From the IMG/VR virus record IMGVR_UViG_3300027899_000008: a stretch of 64,000 nt of DNA. The stretch is one strand, 5' to 3'. The notes below the pieces were generated by a model. It worked only from the letters and a program-made list of their open reading frames with translations, had not been told where the DNA came from and searched no databases. Source of the DNA: a virus. Made by a program: the position numbers and the translations under genes. Shown piece after piece: positions 55,427 through 64,000 of this stretch. The stretch's first letter is position 1, and every line of letters starts with the position of its first letter.

Positions 55427-56497
55427 TTATGTCACCGAAATACTTACTATACCTAAATTACCCTGTTCGCTTCTCCACACAAAATAGAATTCGCTGTAAC
55501 CATTAGCATTGGTATACTCAATACTTGTTGGTTGTTCTTGAAATCCACCTTCAATATTTGTTGCGTTATCTCTGAAAATAGCAGTTCCAAATCTTGCTGG
55601 ATATGCATAGTAAAGATAATACGGATTTGCATTATCCTGCTGTATAGTTGTATTTATCGTAAAAGTTCTAGAACCATTCAGAACAGGAGTCAATGTTGAT
55701 GGTAAAGTGGTGATGGATGTTTGCTGAGATTGTCCATAGAAGATATGATTATAAAAATAAAGATTATAGTCTTTGGTCTTATATACTTCAGCACCATCGG
55801 TATTCGTTCCAGTTATTCCTATCTGTATAGTATAAAAATCGCTATTGGGTAGATTTACATTATTTACATATGTCAATGATTTATACTTTAAAGTATGGGT
55901 TCCATTAAAATTAAATGTTTTAAATTCAGGTAACGTTATCACATCAGGAAATCCTGTATAATTGACAACATTTGTATTACTAATTTTTATAGTTCCCGCA
56001 CTCGCTGCTTGGTTATATGTCATAGTCGCAATATAACCAATTAATAGAAAATCATTACTTGGATCCCCCGCAAGTTGAGGACTCAATCCTGATATATCAT
56101 ATGACAGAATGTCGAATTGAAATTCTGATTTACGAAACACATCGTAGTTCTTGATGTAGTCGAAGGACACACTTCCGTCTTCTTGAAGAAATGCTACCTT
56201 TCTGGCAGGACCAGTATCACCACTAAATATGGTTGGAGCAATATGTTGTGATGGAGTATATGGTGTACCAATATCTGGTTCATCCAATCTTATCGATACT
56301 TCAACGATTCCATCTGGACCAGAAACCGTGATACCGATTCCACCAGTGATTCCCATAACATAATTGCCAGTGAATCCAGCACCATTGGCGCCACAAATTC
56401 CAGACGAAGACCACGCATAACCATTCCACCGCCAACGAATTCCGTTGAAGATATAAAGCTGATTCAATGATGGTCCAGTTGGAAAATTTAATGGCAT
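55427..56497 (-). CDS. Virion structural protein (MPLNFP module)
   Basis: MPLNFPTGPSLNQLY...WRWNGYAW; TATAAATA at 56505-56512. Confidence 0.7.
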   Translation of the reverse strand: MPLNFPTGPSLNQLYIFNGIRWRWNGYAWSSSGICGANGAGFTGNYVMGITGGIGITVSGPDGIVEVSIRLDEPDIGTPYTPSQHIAPTIFSGDTGPARKVAFLQEDGSVSFDYIKNYDVFRKSEFQFDILSYDISGLSPQLAGDPSNDFLLIGYIATMTYNQAASAGTIKISNTNVVNYTGFPDVITLPEFKTFNFNGTHTLKYKSLTYVNNVNLPNSDFYTIQIGITGTNTDGAEVYKTKDYNLYFYNHIFYGQSQQTSITTLPSTLTPVLNGSRTFTINTTIQQDNANPYYLYYAYPARFGTAIFRDNATNIEGGFQEQPTSIEYTNANGYSEFYFVWRSEQGNLGIVSISVT

Positions 56498-56521
56498 ATC
56501 ATTGTATTTATACCATTGGCA

Positions 56522-56701
56522 TTAATCATTATTATCATTCAAATCTAATATTTCATTTTTTCTTTGCTCACTAATGATATTAAGATAAACCAAATAATTC
56601 ATTCCCTGTAATGTCATGGGATGGATATTTTCTATTTGGTGTGCGGATTGACATAATTGTAAAAAATCTGCCAAACTAGTATGCGAGATATTTAGTTGAA
56701 A
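56522..56701 (-). pseudogene. Start-less coding remnant in frame behind the TGA of 56702..57013
   Basis: 59 open codons: FQLNISHTSLADFLQLCQSAHQIENIHPMTLQGMNYLVYLNIISEQRKNEILDLNDNND*. Confidence 0.5.
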
Positions 56702-57013
56702 TCAGACATCTTCTGCGTCAAGGAATATTGGATTATATCCCTTTACATAAAGGTATGCTTCATGAATGATGTCTATTCCCTGAGGCTGCATAACAATAGC
56801 AGAAAAGTATTGTAATGCCAACTCTCCTGATGCATTAGTAATCCTGCTTAGTAATGGTTTTTTACCACTCTCTCGGGCTTCTGCTGAAATATATCCAACC
56901 ATGATGATTTCAATGTTATTGGTGATCCAATTGGAATTTATCTCGGATATCTTCCAATATTCCGCATAGACTCCAGTATCATCTTCTGTATAGATTTTCT
57001 TTAATAGTGCCAT
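56702..57013 (-). CDS. Tail-associated small protein
   Basis: GVYAEYWKI...YISAEARESGK...AYLYVK...AEDV; SD AAGGA. Confidence 0.65.
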   Translation of the reverse strand: MALLKKIYTEDDTGVYAEYWKISEINSNWITNNIEIIMVGYISAEARESGKKPLLSRITNASGELALQYFSAIVMQPQGIDIIHEAYLYVKGYNPIFLDAEDV

Positions 57014-57028
57014 TGTTGTTTCCTTGTA

Positions 57029-59893
57029 TCACCAGAACTTAAGAGTGCGCCACATTTCCTGACCAGTATGTCTCATCATATAGATGTATTGCAATCCATC
57101 AGCCGTCTTGATCAGTTCCATTCTTTGCCCTATTATCGCAGTACTATGAGCATACGGACAAATTCCACAGGGATTGATCTTGAAGGTATTCATGTTCAGT
57201 TCATAGATTCTTCCCGTAGCATCCTTTGTCATGATGATATCATCTAATCCATCGTAGGTATACATGGAACCTGTGGTAAAGGTTTCGCTGTTTACTGCAA
57301 AGAATGGAGAAATATCCCATGTATTTGAAGGAATATCATATATGTCATGTATGTTGGATGCTCCTCCACGGGGAGAGAACATCCATCTTCCCTTGCGGTT
57401 TGTGTCAGTAAGCCCATACAGCCACATAAAGGCAGTTCCTGTGCTTCTTGCAGGAGCCTCGTATATTACATACATCGTAGTTGTATCGGTTGTTACTGTG
57501 GAAGCCAAGGTAATGACGGTAGCAGTATTGGAAACAACCAAGATGTCATTTCCTATACCAGTTCCCGCTAGAATTCGGAATCTTTTTCCTGCCAATATAT
57601 TCGTTGTCCAGTTCTTGTTGGCATCGGTAACTGTAGTAGACGCTCCACCAGTAGTAACCACTCCAAAAGAATCCATTATTTCATATTTGGATGTTGCGTC
57701 TGGAGTAGCATTAGCCCATGATGCAACGGTAAGAGAGGTTGCAGAATTACCAGTTATTACTGATTCATTGCCAACACCAGTTCCAGACATCACCCGCACA
57801 CGACAATTTGTCCACTGACCATTGTTCCAATTCTTAGTTGAATCCACCAAGGTTGTTGCAGTTCCTGATGTAGCCCAACCTGCCCTGCCTTTGGTTGCTA
57901 TTCTATTGGTTTGCATTGCTCCAAATCCGCTTGGTTCTGCAATCGTGTACCGAGATGTTCCGTTTGTTGGCGTTGTTATAGCAGTCACCGCACCAACAGT
58001 CAGAGTTGTTGCTGTGTTGGCACTGATTCTACGAGTTTGAGTTGTTGGAGCAGTTCCTGCAATATGAATATGGCATAGTTTTCCGACATGCTCGTTGGTT
58101 ATCCATGCTTTTGCTGAGTCTACCAAAACCGTTGTTGATTGAGAACTTGCTGCGGTTGGCGAGGATGTTGATCCAGTGGCATTGATAGAGAATGTCGTGG
58201 TGGAACCATATCCGATTGGAGTATGATTTGTATTGAACCATGTGTCGGTAGCACAACCTGCTATGGTAAGGATATCACCAGTCTTGAAGTCATGAATCAT
58301 TGCAGTGGTCACCAATGCGGTTGTTCCTGCCGTTGTATTGACAACAAGTGTTGCGCCACCAGAACCACCTGTAGTAGCAATGCCTGTAGTAGTGCTATAT
58401 CCAGAACCGCTGGCTGCAAGTTCTAGTGAAGTCACAGATCCAGATGAATTCACACCAGTAACCCATGCTTGACCAGCAGTTCCAACAGATATTGTCACCA
58501 AGTCACCAACAACATATCCCAATCCTCCGTTGTTGATGGCAAGTGCAGTCAGTCCTGTTGTTACACGAACAATAGAGGTTATTGCAAATCCAGGATGCGG
58601 TGCTTCATATCCTGCGCCCGAGGCAGGGGTTGCTGACATATTACGGGCTATTCCCATATCAGAGGTATGAGAAGTTGACCATATATCTCCTTCCACGGAA
58701 TACTTCATAATTGAACTATTGGCATTTCCAATAAACCAAATGGCATCAGTATCTCCATATATGGCATACTGCGAAGTTGAATCAGGAGTAACTCCCCAAT
58801 TTCTTTCTGTATAGAATGTAGTAGCCGTATGCCCAACTATTCTACGCTTTTGTCCAATTCCAGTTCCAGAAGTTATGCGAATCTGATGATTCGCATATCT
58901 ATCCAATTCATATGTTGCTCCACTATCCACCAGTGTACGGGATGTTGCTGATGATGCCGTCAGACCAGAAACAAATGCTGTACCAATCTCTCCAATTCTC
59001 TCCAATGCGATATCAGTACTAACTGTGGAAGTAACCAAACCACCCATATTAGTCTTGGTCATCCAAGTATCGGTTAGAATATCATAGAATTGAAAAGCAA
59101 TGTTTGGGGAGGTTGCACTTGCTACCCATAGTCCTCCACCAAGCACTTGATATTCAGAAGTAACATCGGGTGTTACCGTCCATGTTGGCACGGTAAGAAC
59201 ACAAGATTCAATGACATAGTGGGATTGAGATCCCGCAGTGGTTACTGGTATTGCATAAGGACTACTTGCACTCCATGCCTGATTCTCGAATGGATTAATA
59301 GGTTGATAATTCGGATCACTAAATGTAAGTGTAGTCGTATCGTTGTATGCAATCCTACGAACCTGACCCACACCAGCACCCATTACGATTCTACAGGAAT
59401 AATTATCCCATTGATTCACTCTCCACTTCTTTGTGGAATCACTCAATGATAAAGCACCAGATACCGCAGTAACAACACCAAAATCTGCGATGACTGCATC
59501 TGCTACAGAACTAATGGTTCTTTCTTGCCCTGCACCAGTTCCTGCTATGATACGAATAGTCTGTCCAACCATTCCTGCACGACTTAGTCCTCCAATGGTG
59601 ATCGTCGTAGATGTTCCAGCAAGAGCATCCCCACGGAATCCACCCAATGTGCGGGTGTACTTCATTGTTGCTGGAGAGGTCACTGCTGCGGGAGCAGTAG
59701 CCAATTGTTGCCACGAATCAGCATGGGTATCATAAGAATATAATGCAGTACTATTAAGATAGTACATAAATCTACCTGTGGCATCATCTCCTGCGGCAAG
59801 TAAAGAACCAGCAGCAGTCGCTACTGGAGCAAAACGCATCCATTCAAATACTGGTTGATCAACTTGTGTTTTTAATAGATTAGTTACTGCCAT
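57029..59893 (-). CDS. Large virion structural protein with repeated beta modules
   Basis: Repeats of D(S)xKxWxxN...RIxxGTGxG(Q/N)xRxI; propeller-like YDIxxxTW termini. Confidence 0.7.
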   Translation of the reverse strand: MAVTNLLKTQVDQPVFEWMRFAPVATAAGSLLAAGDDATGRFMYYLNSTALYSYDTHADSWQQLATAPAAVTSPATMKYTRTLGGFRGDALAGTSTTITIGGLSRAGMVGQTIRIIAGTGAGQERTISSVADAVIADFGVVTAVSGALSLSDSTKKWRVNQWDNYSCRIVMGAGVGQVRRIAYNDTTTLTFSDPNYQPINPFENQAWSASSPYAIPVTTAGSQSHYVIESCVLTVPTWTVTPDVTSEYQVLGGGLWVASATSPNIAFQFYDILTDTWMTKTNMGGLVTSTVSTDIALERIGEIGTAFVSGLTASSATSRTLVDSGATYELDRYANHQIRITSGTGIGQKRRIVGHTATTFYTERNWGVTPDSTSQYAIYGDTDAIWFIGNANSSIMKYSVEGDIWSTSHTSDMGIARNMSATPASGAGYEAPHPGFAITSIVRVTTGLTALAINNGGLGYVVGDLVTISVGTAGQAWVTGVNSSGSVTSLELAASGSGYSTTTGIATTGGSGGATLVVNTTAGTTALVTTAMIHDFKTGDILTIAGCATDTWFNTNHTPIGYGSTTTFSINATGSTSSPTAASSQSTTVLVDSAKAWITNEHVGKLCHIHIAGTAPTTQTRRISANTATTLTVGAVTAITTPTNGTSRYTIAEPSGFGAMQTNRIATKGRAGWATSGTATTLVDSTKNWNNGQWTNCRVRVMSGTGVGNESVITGNSATSLTVASWANATPDATSKYEIMDSFGVVTTGGASTTVTDANKNWTTNILAGKRFRILAGTGIGNDILVVSNTATVITLASTVTTDTTTMYVIYEAPARSTGTAFMWLYGLTDTNRKGRWMFSPRGGASNIHDIYDIPSNTWDISPFFAVNSETFTTGSMYTYDGLDDIIMTKDATGRIYELNMNTFKINPCGICPYAHSTAIIGQRMELIKTADGLQYIYMMRHTGQEMWRTLKFW

Positions 59894-59902
59894 GATATTT
59901 CC

Positions 59903-60532
59903 TTAGGAGAATGTTAATTTTGACCTGATTGCGGATGCATAGCAAGCCTGTGCATCATTGGCTACACGCCACAACTGGTGAACTGGACCTTCCATAATAT
60001 TACCAACAACCTGATTTGTTAAAGAATATGGATTTGCCGATGAAACAGCAACTAATTGAGCAGATCCCGATGAAATATTCACATTTGCCGTTGCCGTCAC
60101 TGTTCCAGAAACGGGGATAGTTGCATTTACTTCGGTTGATGCCGCAGCATTATTTGTTCCAATTGCTTCAATCGTAACTCGTTGTCGCAACTTGCTGTCT
60201 ACAACAGCATTGCTTTCCAACAACTTGTTCATTCTTCGGAGTAGATCGTGTAGACTCTCCTCATAGGAGGGAAGATCCACATAAATCTGCAACCGATCGG
60301 TTGATGCCATTGCAGAAGTATTGTAGTCTAGTGTAAGAATATTATTATTAAAACTGACAGCACCTGTCGTTGGATCTGCAAAATTGTAAATAATGGTGTT
60401 GGCAGTGGTGTTGGTTATCAGAAGAAAATTCTGAAGTGAGACAGCCTGAGCAAGACCACTCAATGTAATGGTGTTTGATGCTGGGGTGAAAGTGTAACTT
60501 CCTACTGCGTCTGTTCCTAGTAATTTCTTCAT
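59903..60532 (-). CDS. Virion structural protein
   Basis: YTFTP...LLITN...IIYNFAD...LDYNTSAMASTDRLQIY. Confidence 0.7.
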   Translation of the reverse strand: MKKLLGTDAVGSYTFTPASNTITLSGLAQAVSLQNFLLITNTTANTIIYNFADPTTGAVSFNNNILTLDYNTSAMASTDRLQIYVDLPSYEESLHDLLRRMNKLLESNAVVDSKLRQRVTIEAIGTNNAAASTEVNATIPVSGTVTATANVNISSGSAQLVAVSSANPYSLTNQVVGNIMEGPVHQLWRVANDAQACYASAIRSKLTFS

Positions 60533-60544
60533 TGTTACCTCTAT

Positions 60545-60814
60545 TTATAATGCTGTTGCCATTGCAATTACGAATGCATTTGTTGCTCCACCACCTGCGG
60601 GACCAGTAGCACCAACAGATCCTGTTGCTCCATTGGTTCCATTTGTACCTGTTGCTCCTGTGGCTCCTGTAGCACCTGTTGCTCCCGCAGACCCATTGAT
60701 TCCCACCTGTGCTGATGACAATGCATTCCAAACAGTTCCATCCCATTGCCATGAGTTAGAACCACTGGTGTAGATTTGGTTGAGTGAAGGTGTATCGGGA
60801 AAATTAAGCGGCAT
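60545..60814 (-). CDS. Short collagen-like virion protein
   Basis: MPLNFP module + Gly-X-Y run + C-terminal VIAMATAL. Confidence 0.7.
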   Translation of the reverse strand: MPLNFPDTPSLNQIYTSGSNSWQWDGTVWNALSSAQVGINGSAGATGATGATGATGTNGTNGATGSVGATGPAGGGATNAFVIAMATAL

Positions 60815-60911
60815 TATTGTTATTTATGTTAAAATTATAGAGCAACTGTTGCAACAAAAGTATCAAGAACGATTTCGAGGTTGTAAAGTTCTGCGTATTT
60901 CATATATTAAG

Positions 60912-61379
60912 TTAAGACCCGCTTACAGCAATAGTGAATGTATCCAGAACAGCATTTGAGTCAGTTACATTGGTAACCGTAACAGTTGCTGATAAAGGAG
61001 ATCCGATCCAACTCGAACCATAATAGGATGTAAAATCTACATATTGATCCGTGGTAACTGTGAATGTTCCATTGGTATTTATCAATGTAAAACTGGGAAG
61101 GTCGCTGTAATCTGTTCCCGTGGAATCAGAACCACCACTCCCTGATTTTCGATAGTATAAAAACAACTCATTTGATCTCAAAGGCGTGTATGCCACACGC
61201 AAAGTAATTGTTTGATTGATTGCTGTTATTAGTCTTGAAGTAATGCCGATACTACCCGACATGTCGTGATAAGTAACATCTGCCCAATTCACAGCGGCAG
61301 GAGTTACATCCGAAGCAGCAGCAGCAGAAGAGTTTTTGATGAACGACACTGAAGCAAAAGATGAACTTGGAATAATCAT
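60912..61379 (-). CDS. Virion structural protein
   Basis: S/T-rich beta sequence; ATGA overlap. Confidence 0.6.
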   Translation of the reverse strand: MIIPSSSFASVSFIKNSSAAAASDVTPAAVNWADVTYHDMSGSIGITSRLITAINQTITLRVAYTPLRSNELFLYYRKSGSGGSDSTGTDYSDLPSFTLINTNGTFTVTTDQYVDFTSYYGSSWIGSPLSATVTVTNVTDSNAVLDTFTIAVSGS

Positions 61380-62332
61380 CCTGTCAATCCTCCTGCAAGA
61401 ATAAATGTATTTGTCGTATAGGAAATAATATTTGCTGCCGAATATCTATTTCCTATATTCAATTTTCCTTCGGCACTATTTATTGTAGTGCCAGATCCAG
61501 TGAATCCAACCTGACCAGCACCTAGTTGTATTACCGTTGTATTATAACCGATAGGCAATCCAGATGGAATAGTCACTGTTGTCGAGGAACCATTATTCAT
61601 GGTAATGATCTTGCCGTTGTCATTGGATAATAACGAATATGTGGTTCCCGTTTGAGCATTGATTGCACCAGATGAAATTCTATACCCACCATCAGATATG
61701 AGTGTTTCAGTAAATGTAGCACCAACGGCAGTTAATGCTCCAGTAATGGTTGTATTTCCATTTATAGTAGCACTTGAAGCAGATATACCCGATCTAAAAT
61801 TAGCAATTCCATTTACATCAAGTGTATATTGGGGAGCAGTCAGTCCAACTCCAAGTTTTACAAATGTACCAGTAAGTCCAAATTCCATCAATCCCATTGA
61901 CGATGTATAGGTTACTCCAACCAATCCGTTTGATGAGACTGGTTCGATCCATTGCGAACTTGTTCCATCATTTACATAGACATATTCCTTGCCTGTATCG
62001 GAATCTATCCAACGATCACCGATTGCTGGAGAACCTGGTGCAGATGATGCATAAGTGAATCCAGATCCACCACCGCCACCCGATGAAGAGATGGTGAATG
62101 TATTTCCACTCTGAGTGATCGTGATGTTGGATCCAGCAGTAATGCCAACAGCACCAGTTGCTCCATTGACTGAAGTTACAAGTGCATTTGGGTCAATAAG
62201 AGTGACAACGCCGCCAACGGCATTTCCAACAAATAGTTTTCTATCGGTTACATTTACCGCTAGTTCACCCGCAGAAAGACCAGCAGGAACAGATGCTGCT
62301 GTAAAAGAATTCTTTACTAAAACTTTTGCCAT
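61376..62332 (-). CDS. Tail fibre protein (Mtd-like N-terminus)
   Basis: LSAGELAVNVTDRKLFVG, VTSVNGATG, GDRWIDSDTG, QTGTTY..L..DNGK. Confidence 0.72.
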   Translation of the reverse strand: MAKVLVKNSFTAASVPAGLSAGELAVNVTDRKLFVGNAVGGVVTLIDPNALVTSVNGATGAVGITAGSNITITQSGNTFTISSSGGGGGSGFTYASSAPGSPAIGDRWIDSDTGKEYVYVNDGTSSQWIEPVSSNGLVGVTYTSSMGLMEFGLTGTFVKLGVGLTAPQYTLDVNGIANFRSGISASSATINGNTTITGALTAVGATFTETLISDGGYRISSGAINAQTGTTYSLLSNDNGKIITMNNGSSTTVTIPSGLPIGYNTTVIQLGAGQVGFTGSGTTINSAEGKLNIGNRYSAANIISYTTNTFILAGGLTG

Positions 62333-62335
62333 ATG

Positions 62336-62860
62336 TTACGCCGCTACTTTTTGTTTTTTAACTTTACTTTCAGTAATAGTTTTCTTCAATTCGGAATTTT
62401 CAAATTCAAGAGCAGAACATTTAATATTTAGTTCTTTACTTTCAGCAATAGTGTTCTTTAATTCCGAATTCTCAACTTCAAGAGCAGAAAACCTATTCCG
62501 TAGAATATCATATTCTCCAATAGCATTATTCTTCATCGACTCTTCTCGTACAAATCTATCATTCAGATTGGACATATTCTGTTGCAGTTGATTTAACTGA
62601 TTTACAGCATCGTTTCTGGCAGATGTATACTCGCCAATAGATTTATTGATATTCTCTATATTGAGTTTGAGGTTCTCTATTTGATTGACAAGACCTTCTA
62701 CTTTTTCATTTTCTTGATTTGCAAAAGCCTCAAAGTCCTTTACCTTGTTTTGCTCAATCAATAACTTCGCCTCAAATACAAGGTTTAGACTCAATAAGTC
62801 TTTACACTTCTTCTCTAAGAATGGCAACACGACCTTATCATTATAATTCACTTCTTCCAT
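62336..62860 (-). CDS. Coiled-coil protein
   Basis: Heptad pattern; internal repeat SALExENSELKxTIxESK; SD GGAGG. Confidence 0.65.
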   Translation of the reverse strand: MEEVNYNDKVVLPFLEKKCKDLLSLNLVFEAKLLIEQNKVKDFEAFANQENEKVEGLVNQIENLKLNIENINKSIGEYTSARNDAVNQLNQLQQNMSNLNDRFVREESMKNNAIGEYDILRNRFSALEVENSELKNTIAESKELNIKCSALEFENSELKKTITESKVKKQKVAA

Positions 62861-62881
62861 TATATACCTCCATAGTATTTA

Positions 62882-64000
62882 TTAGTATGTTCCACCATCA
62901 ACAACAGCAGTGCTGGTTGATCCGAATAGATTGTTCACCGTGACTTTTCTGTTTGTGCCGTTTGCGCCGTTATCCACGATCAAGAGGTCGGTTCCCGCGA
63001 TACTTGTAGTTACCGTTCCACCATCTATATCCAATGCAGATAGAGAAACTTTATTCGCAGTAGATATGGTAGCAAGTTTAGTATCTACTATACCAGCAGA
63101 TGCATTAATATCTGCATCAAGAATGGATCCTGCCGCAATAGTAGCAGTGATATTTATATCAGCAGAACCATTGAAGTTTGCCGATCCAAATATATCACCA
63201 GTAAGACCTATCGCACGAGTAGTCGTTAGTGTAGCAGCACTACCCGAAACATTTCCCGTCAAGGATGCGGTTATTGTTCCTGCTGTGAAATTACCAGAAG
63301 CATCTCTAGCAACAATCTGAGATGCTGTATTTGCAGAGGTTGCACCAGATGTTATGATATATTGTGTGCCTTCTCCTGCTGCACCACTTATAGTAAGACC
63401 TATACCAGCAACACTAACATCTTGAGCATAATTTCCTGTGGTATCAGTTCCGAGTGCTACTGAATTAGCAGCAATCGTTGTGGTGATGCTTACATCTGCG
63501 GTTCCATCAAAACTAACAGTACCTGTAACCTCACCTGAAAGAGCAATATTCCTTGGGGTTAAGCGACCCGCTGCGTATGCAGTAAATCCTGCGGCATTTG
63601 GGTCTTGCCAAGTGTGCGCACCTAGAGCATTTCCCTTGAGAATATATCCTGTCGTGGGTTCACCACTGACGGTAACAATGGTTCCACCATAATCTCTAAA
63701 TGTATGAGTCTGAGCTCCTGCTGCACTGCCAACAACCGTATCTGTAACCGCACCATTTTGTAATACTAAACTTGCAACATGAAGATTTCCATAGGAAACT
63801 CCTGTGACAACTTCACTAGTAACCGTTGAATTCTTCTGAAATACGAATTCAGCAGCACTTGCATCCCAACCAAAGAATCCTGTGCGACCAGCAGTATCAT
63901 AATAATTAAATACAATACCACGATCTTTTCCTGCATCGGATGCTGTAATTGGTAGACCACCAGAGGTTCCAAGGACAATCAGAGGATCGTCTATGGTCAT
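62882..64000 (-). CDS. Tail fibre protein (5'-partial)
   Basis: DRGIVF, ALSGEVTGTVSFDGTADVSI-type repeats, VARDASGNF, C-terminal VDGGTY. Confidence 0.75.
   Translation of the reverse strand: MTIDDPLIVLGTSGGLPITASDAGKDRGIVFNYYDTAGRTGFFGWDASAAEFVFQKNSTVTSEVVTGVSYGNLHVASLVLQNGAVTDTVVGSAAGAQTHTFRDYGGTIVTVSGEPTTGYILKGNALGAHTWQDPNAAGFTAYAAGRLTPRNIALSGEVTGTVSFDGTADVSITTTIAANSVALGTDTTGNYAQDVSVAGIGLTISGAAGEGTQYIITSGATSANTASQIVARDASGNFTAGTITASLTGNVSGSAATLTTTRAIGLTGDIFGSANFNGSADINITATIAAGSILDADINASAGIVDTKLATISTANKVSLSALDIDGGTVTTSIAGTDLLIVDNGANGTNRKVTVNNLFGSTSTAVVDGGTY

Noticed and set aside
48877-62332. Diversity-generating retroelement
   Set aside because: Mtd-like N-termini are present, but there is no reverse transcriptase or adenine-specific TR/VR pair in the window

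Overview
A 64-kb fragment of a large T4-superfamily (myovirus-like) dsDNA phage. The host is probably a diderm PVC-group bacterium, most likely a Phycisphaerae-type planctomycete; this is inferred from a PAP-variant PEP-CTERM protein and a dockerin-bearing protein. Layout: 1-9.2 kb and 12.3-16.3 kb hold visibly GC-richer early genes driven by near-consensus TTGACA-N16/17-TATAAT promoters that sit 6-7 nt from the start codon; these include a CobS-like AAA ATPase and a zincin-vWA partner. 9.2-12.2 kb and 16.5-29.6 kb hold late genes with TATAAATA promoters: a holin/overlapping-spanin cassette, a lysozyme-LysM, many proteins with T4-type capsid-targeting N-termini, and a nucleotidyltransferase/nuclease polyprotein. 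29.5-34.6 kb holds a RuvC-like nuclease, a tubulin/FtsZ-family GTPase, a dockerin protein, a thermonuclease, a glycosyltransferase and an outer-membrane beta-barrel. 34.6-48.9 kb is the replication core (NrdJ, ThyX, gp61, gp41, UvsX, gp43, MTase, dUTPase). 48.9-64 kb holds tail-fibre/virion proteins. Highlights: (1) a fractured class II ribonucleotide reductase with a naturally split intein (Cys1, His-Asn, Thr+1) around a free-standing HNH endonuclease; (2) an intein-less split gp43 polymerase whose gap holds a SpoU/TrmH methyltransferase, a tRNA-Gln and a PEP-CTERM gene bounded by a 24-bp direct repeat; (3) a phage tubulin next to a candidate host-surface remodelling module; (4) inverted DnaA-box pairs and a recurrent TGTTGATAGTA motif at strand-switch points. 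All calls come from motif recognition by eye; no database searches were run.
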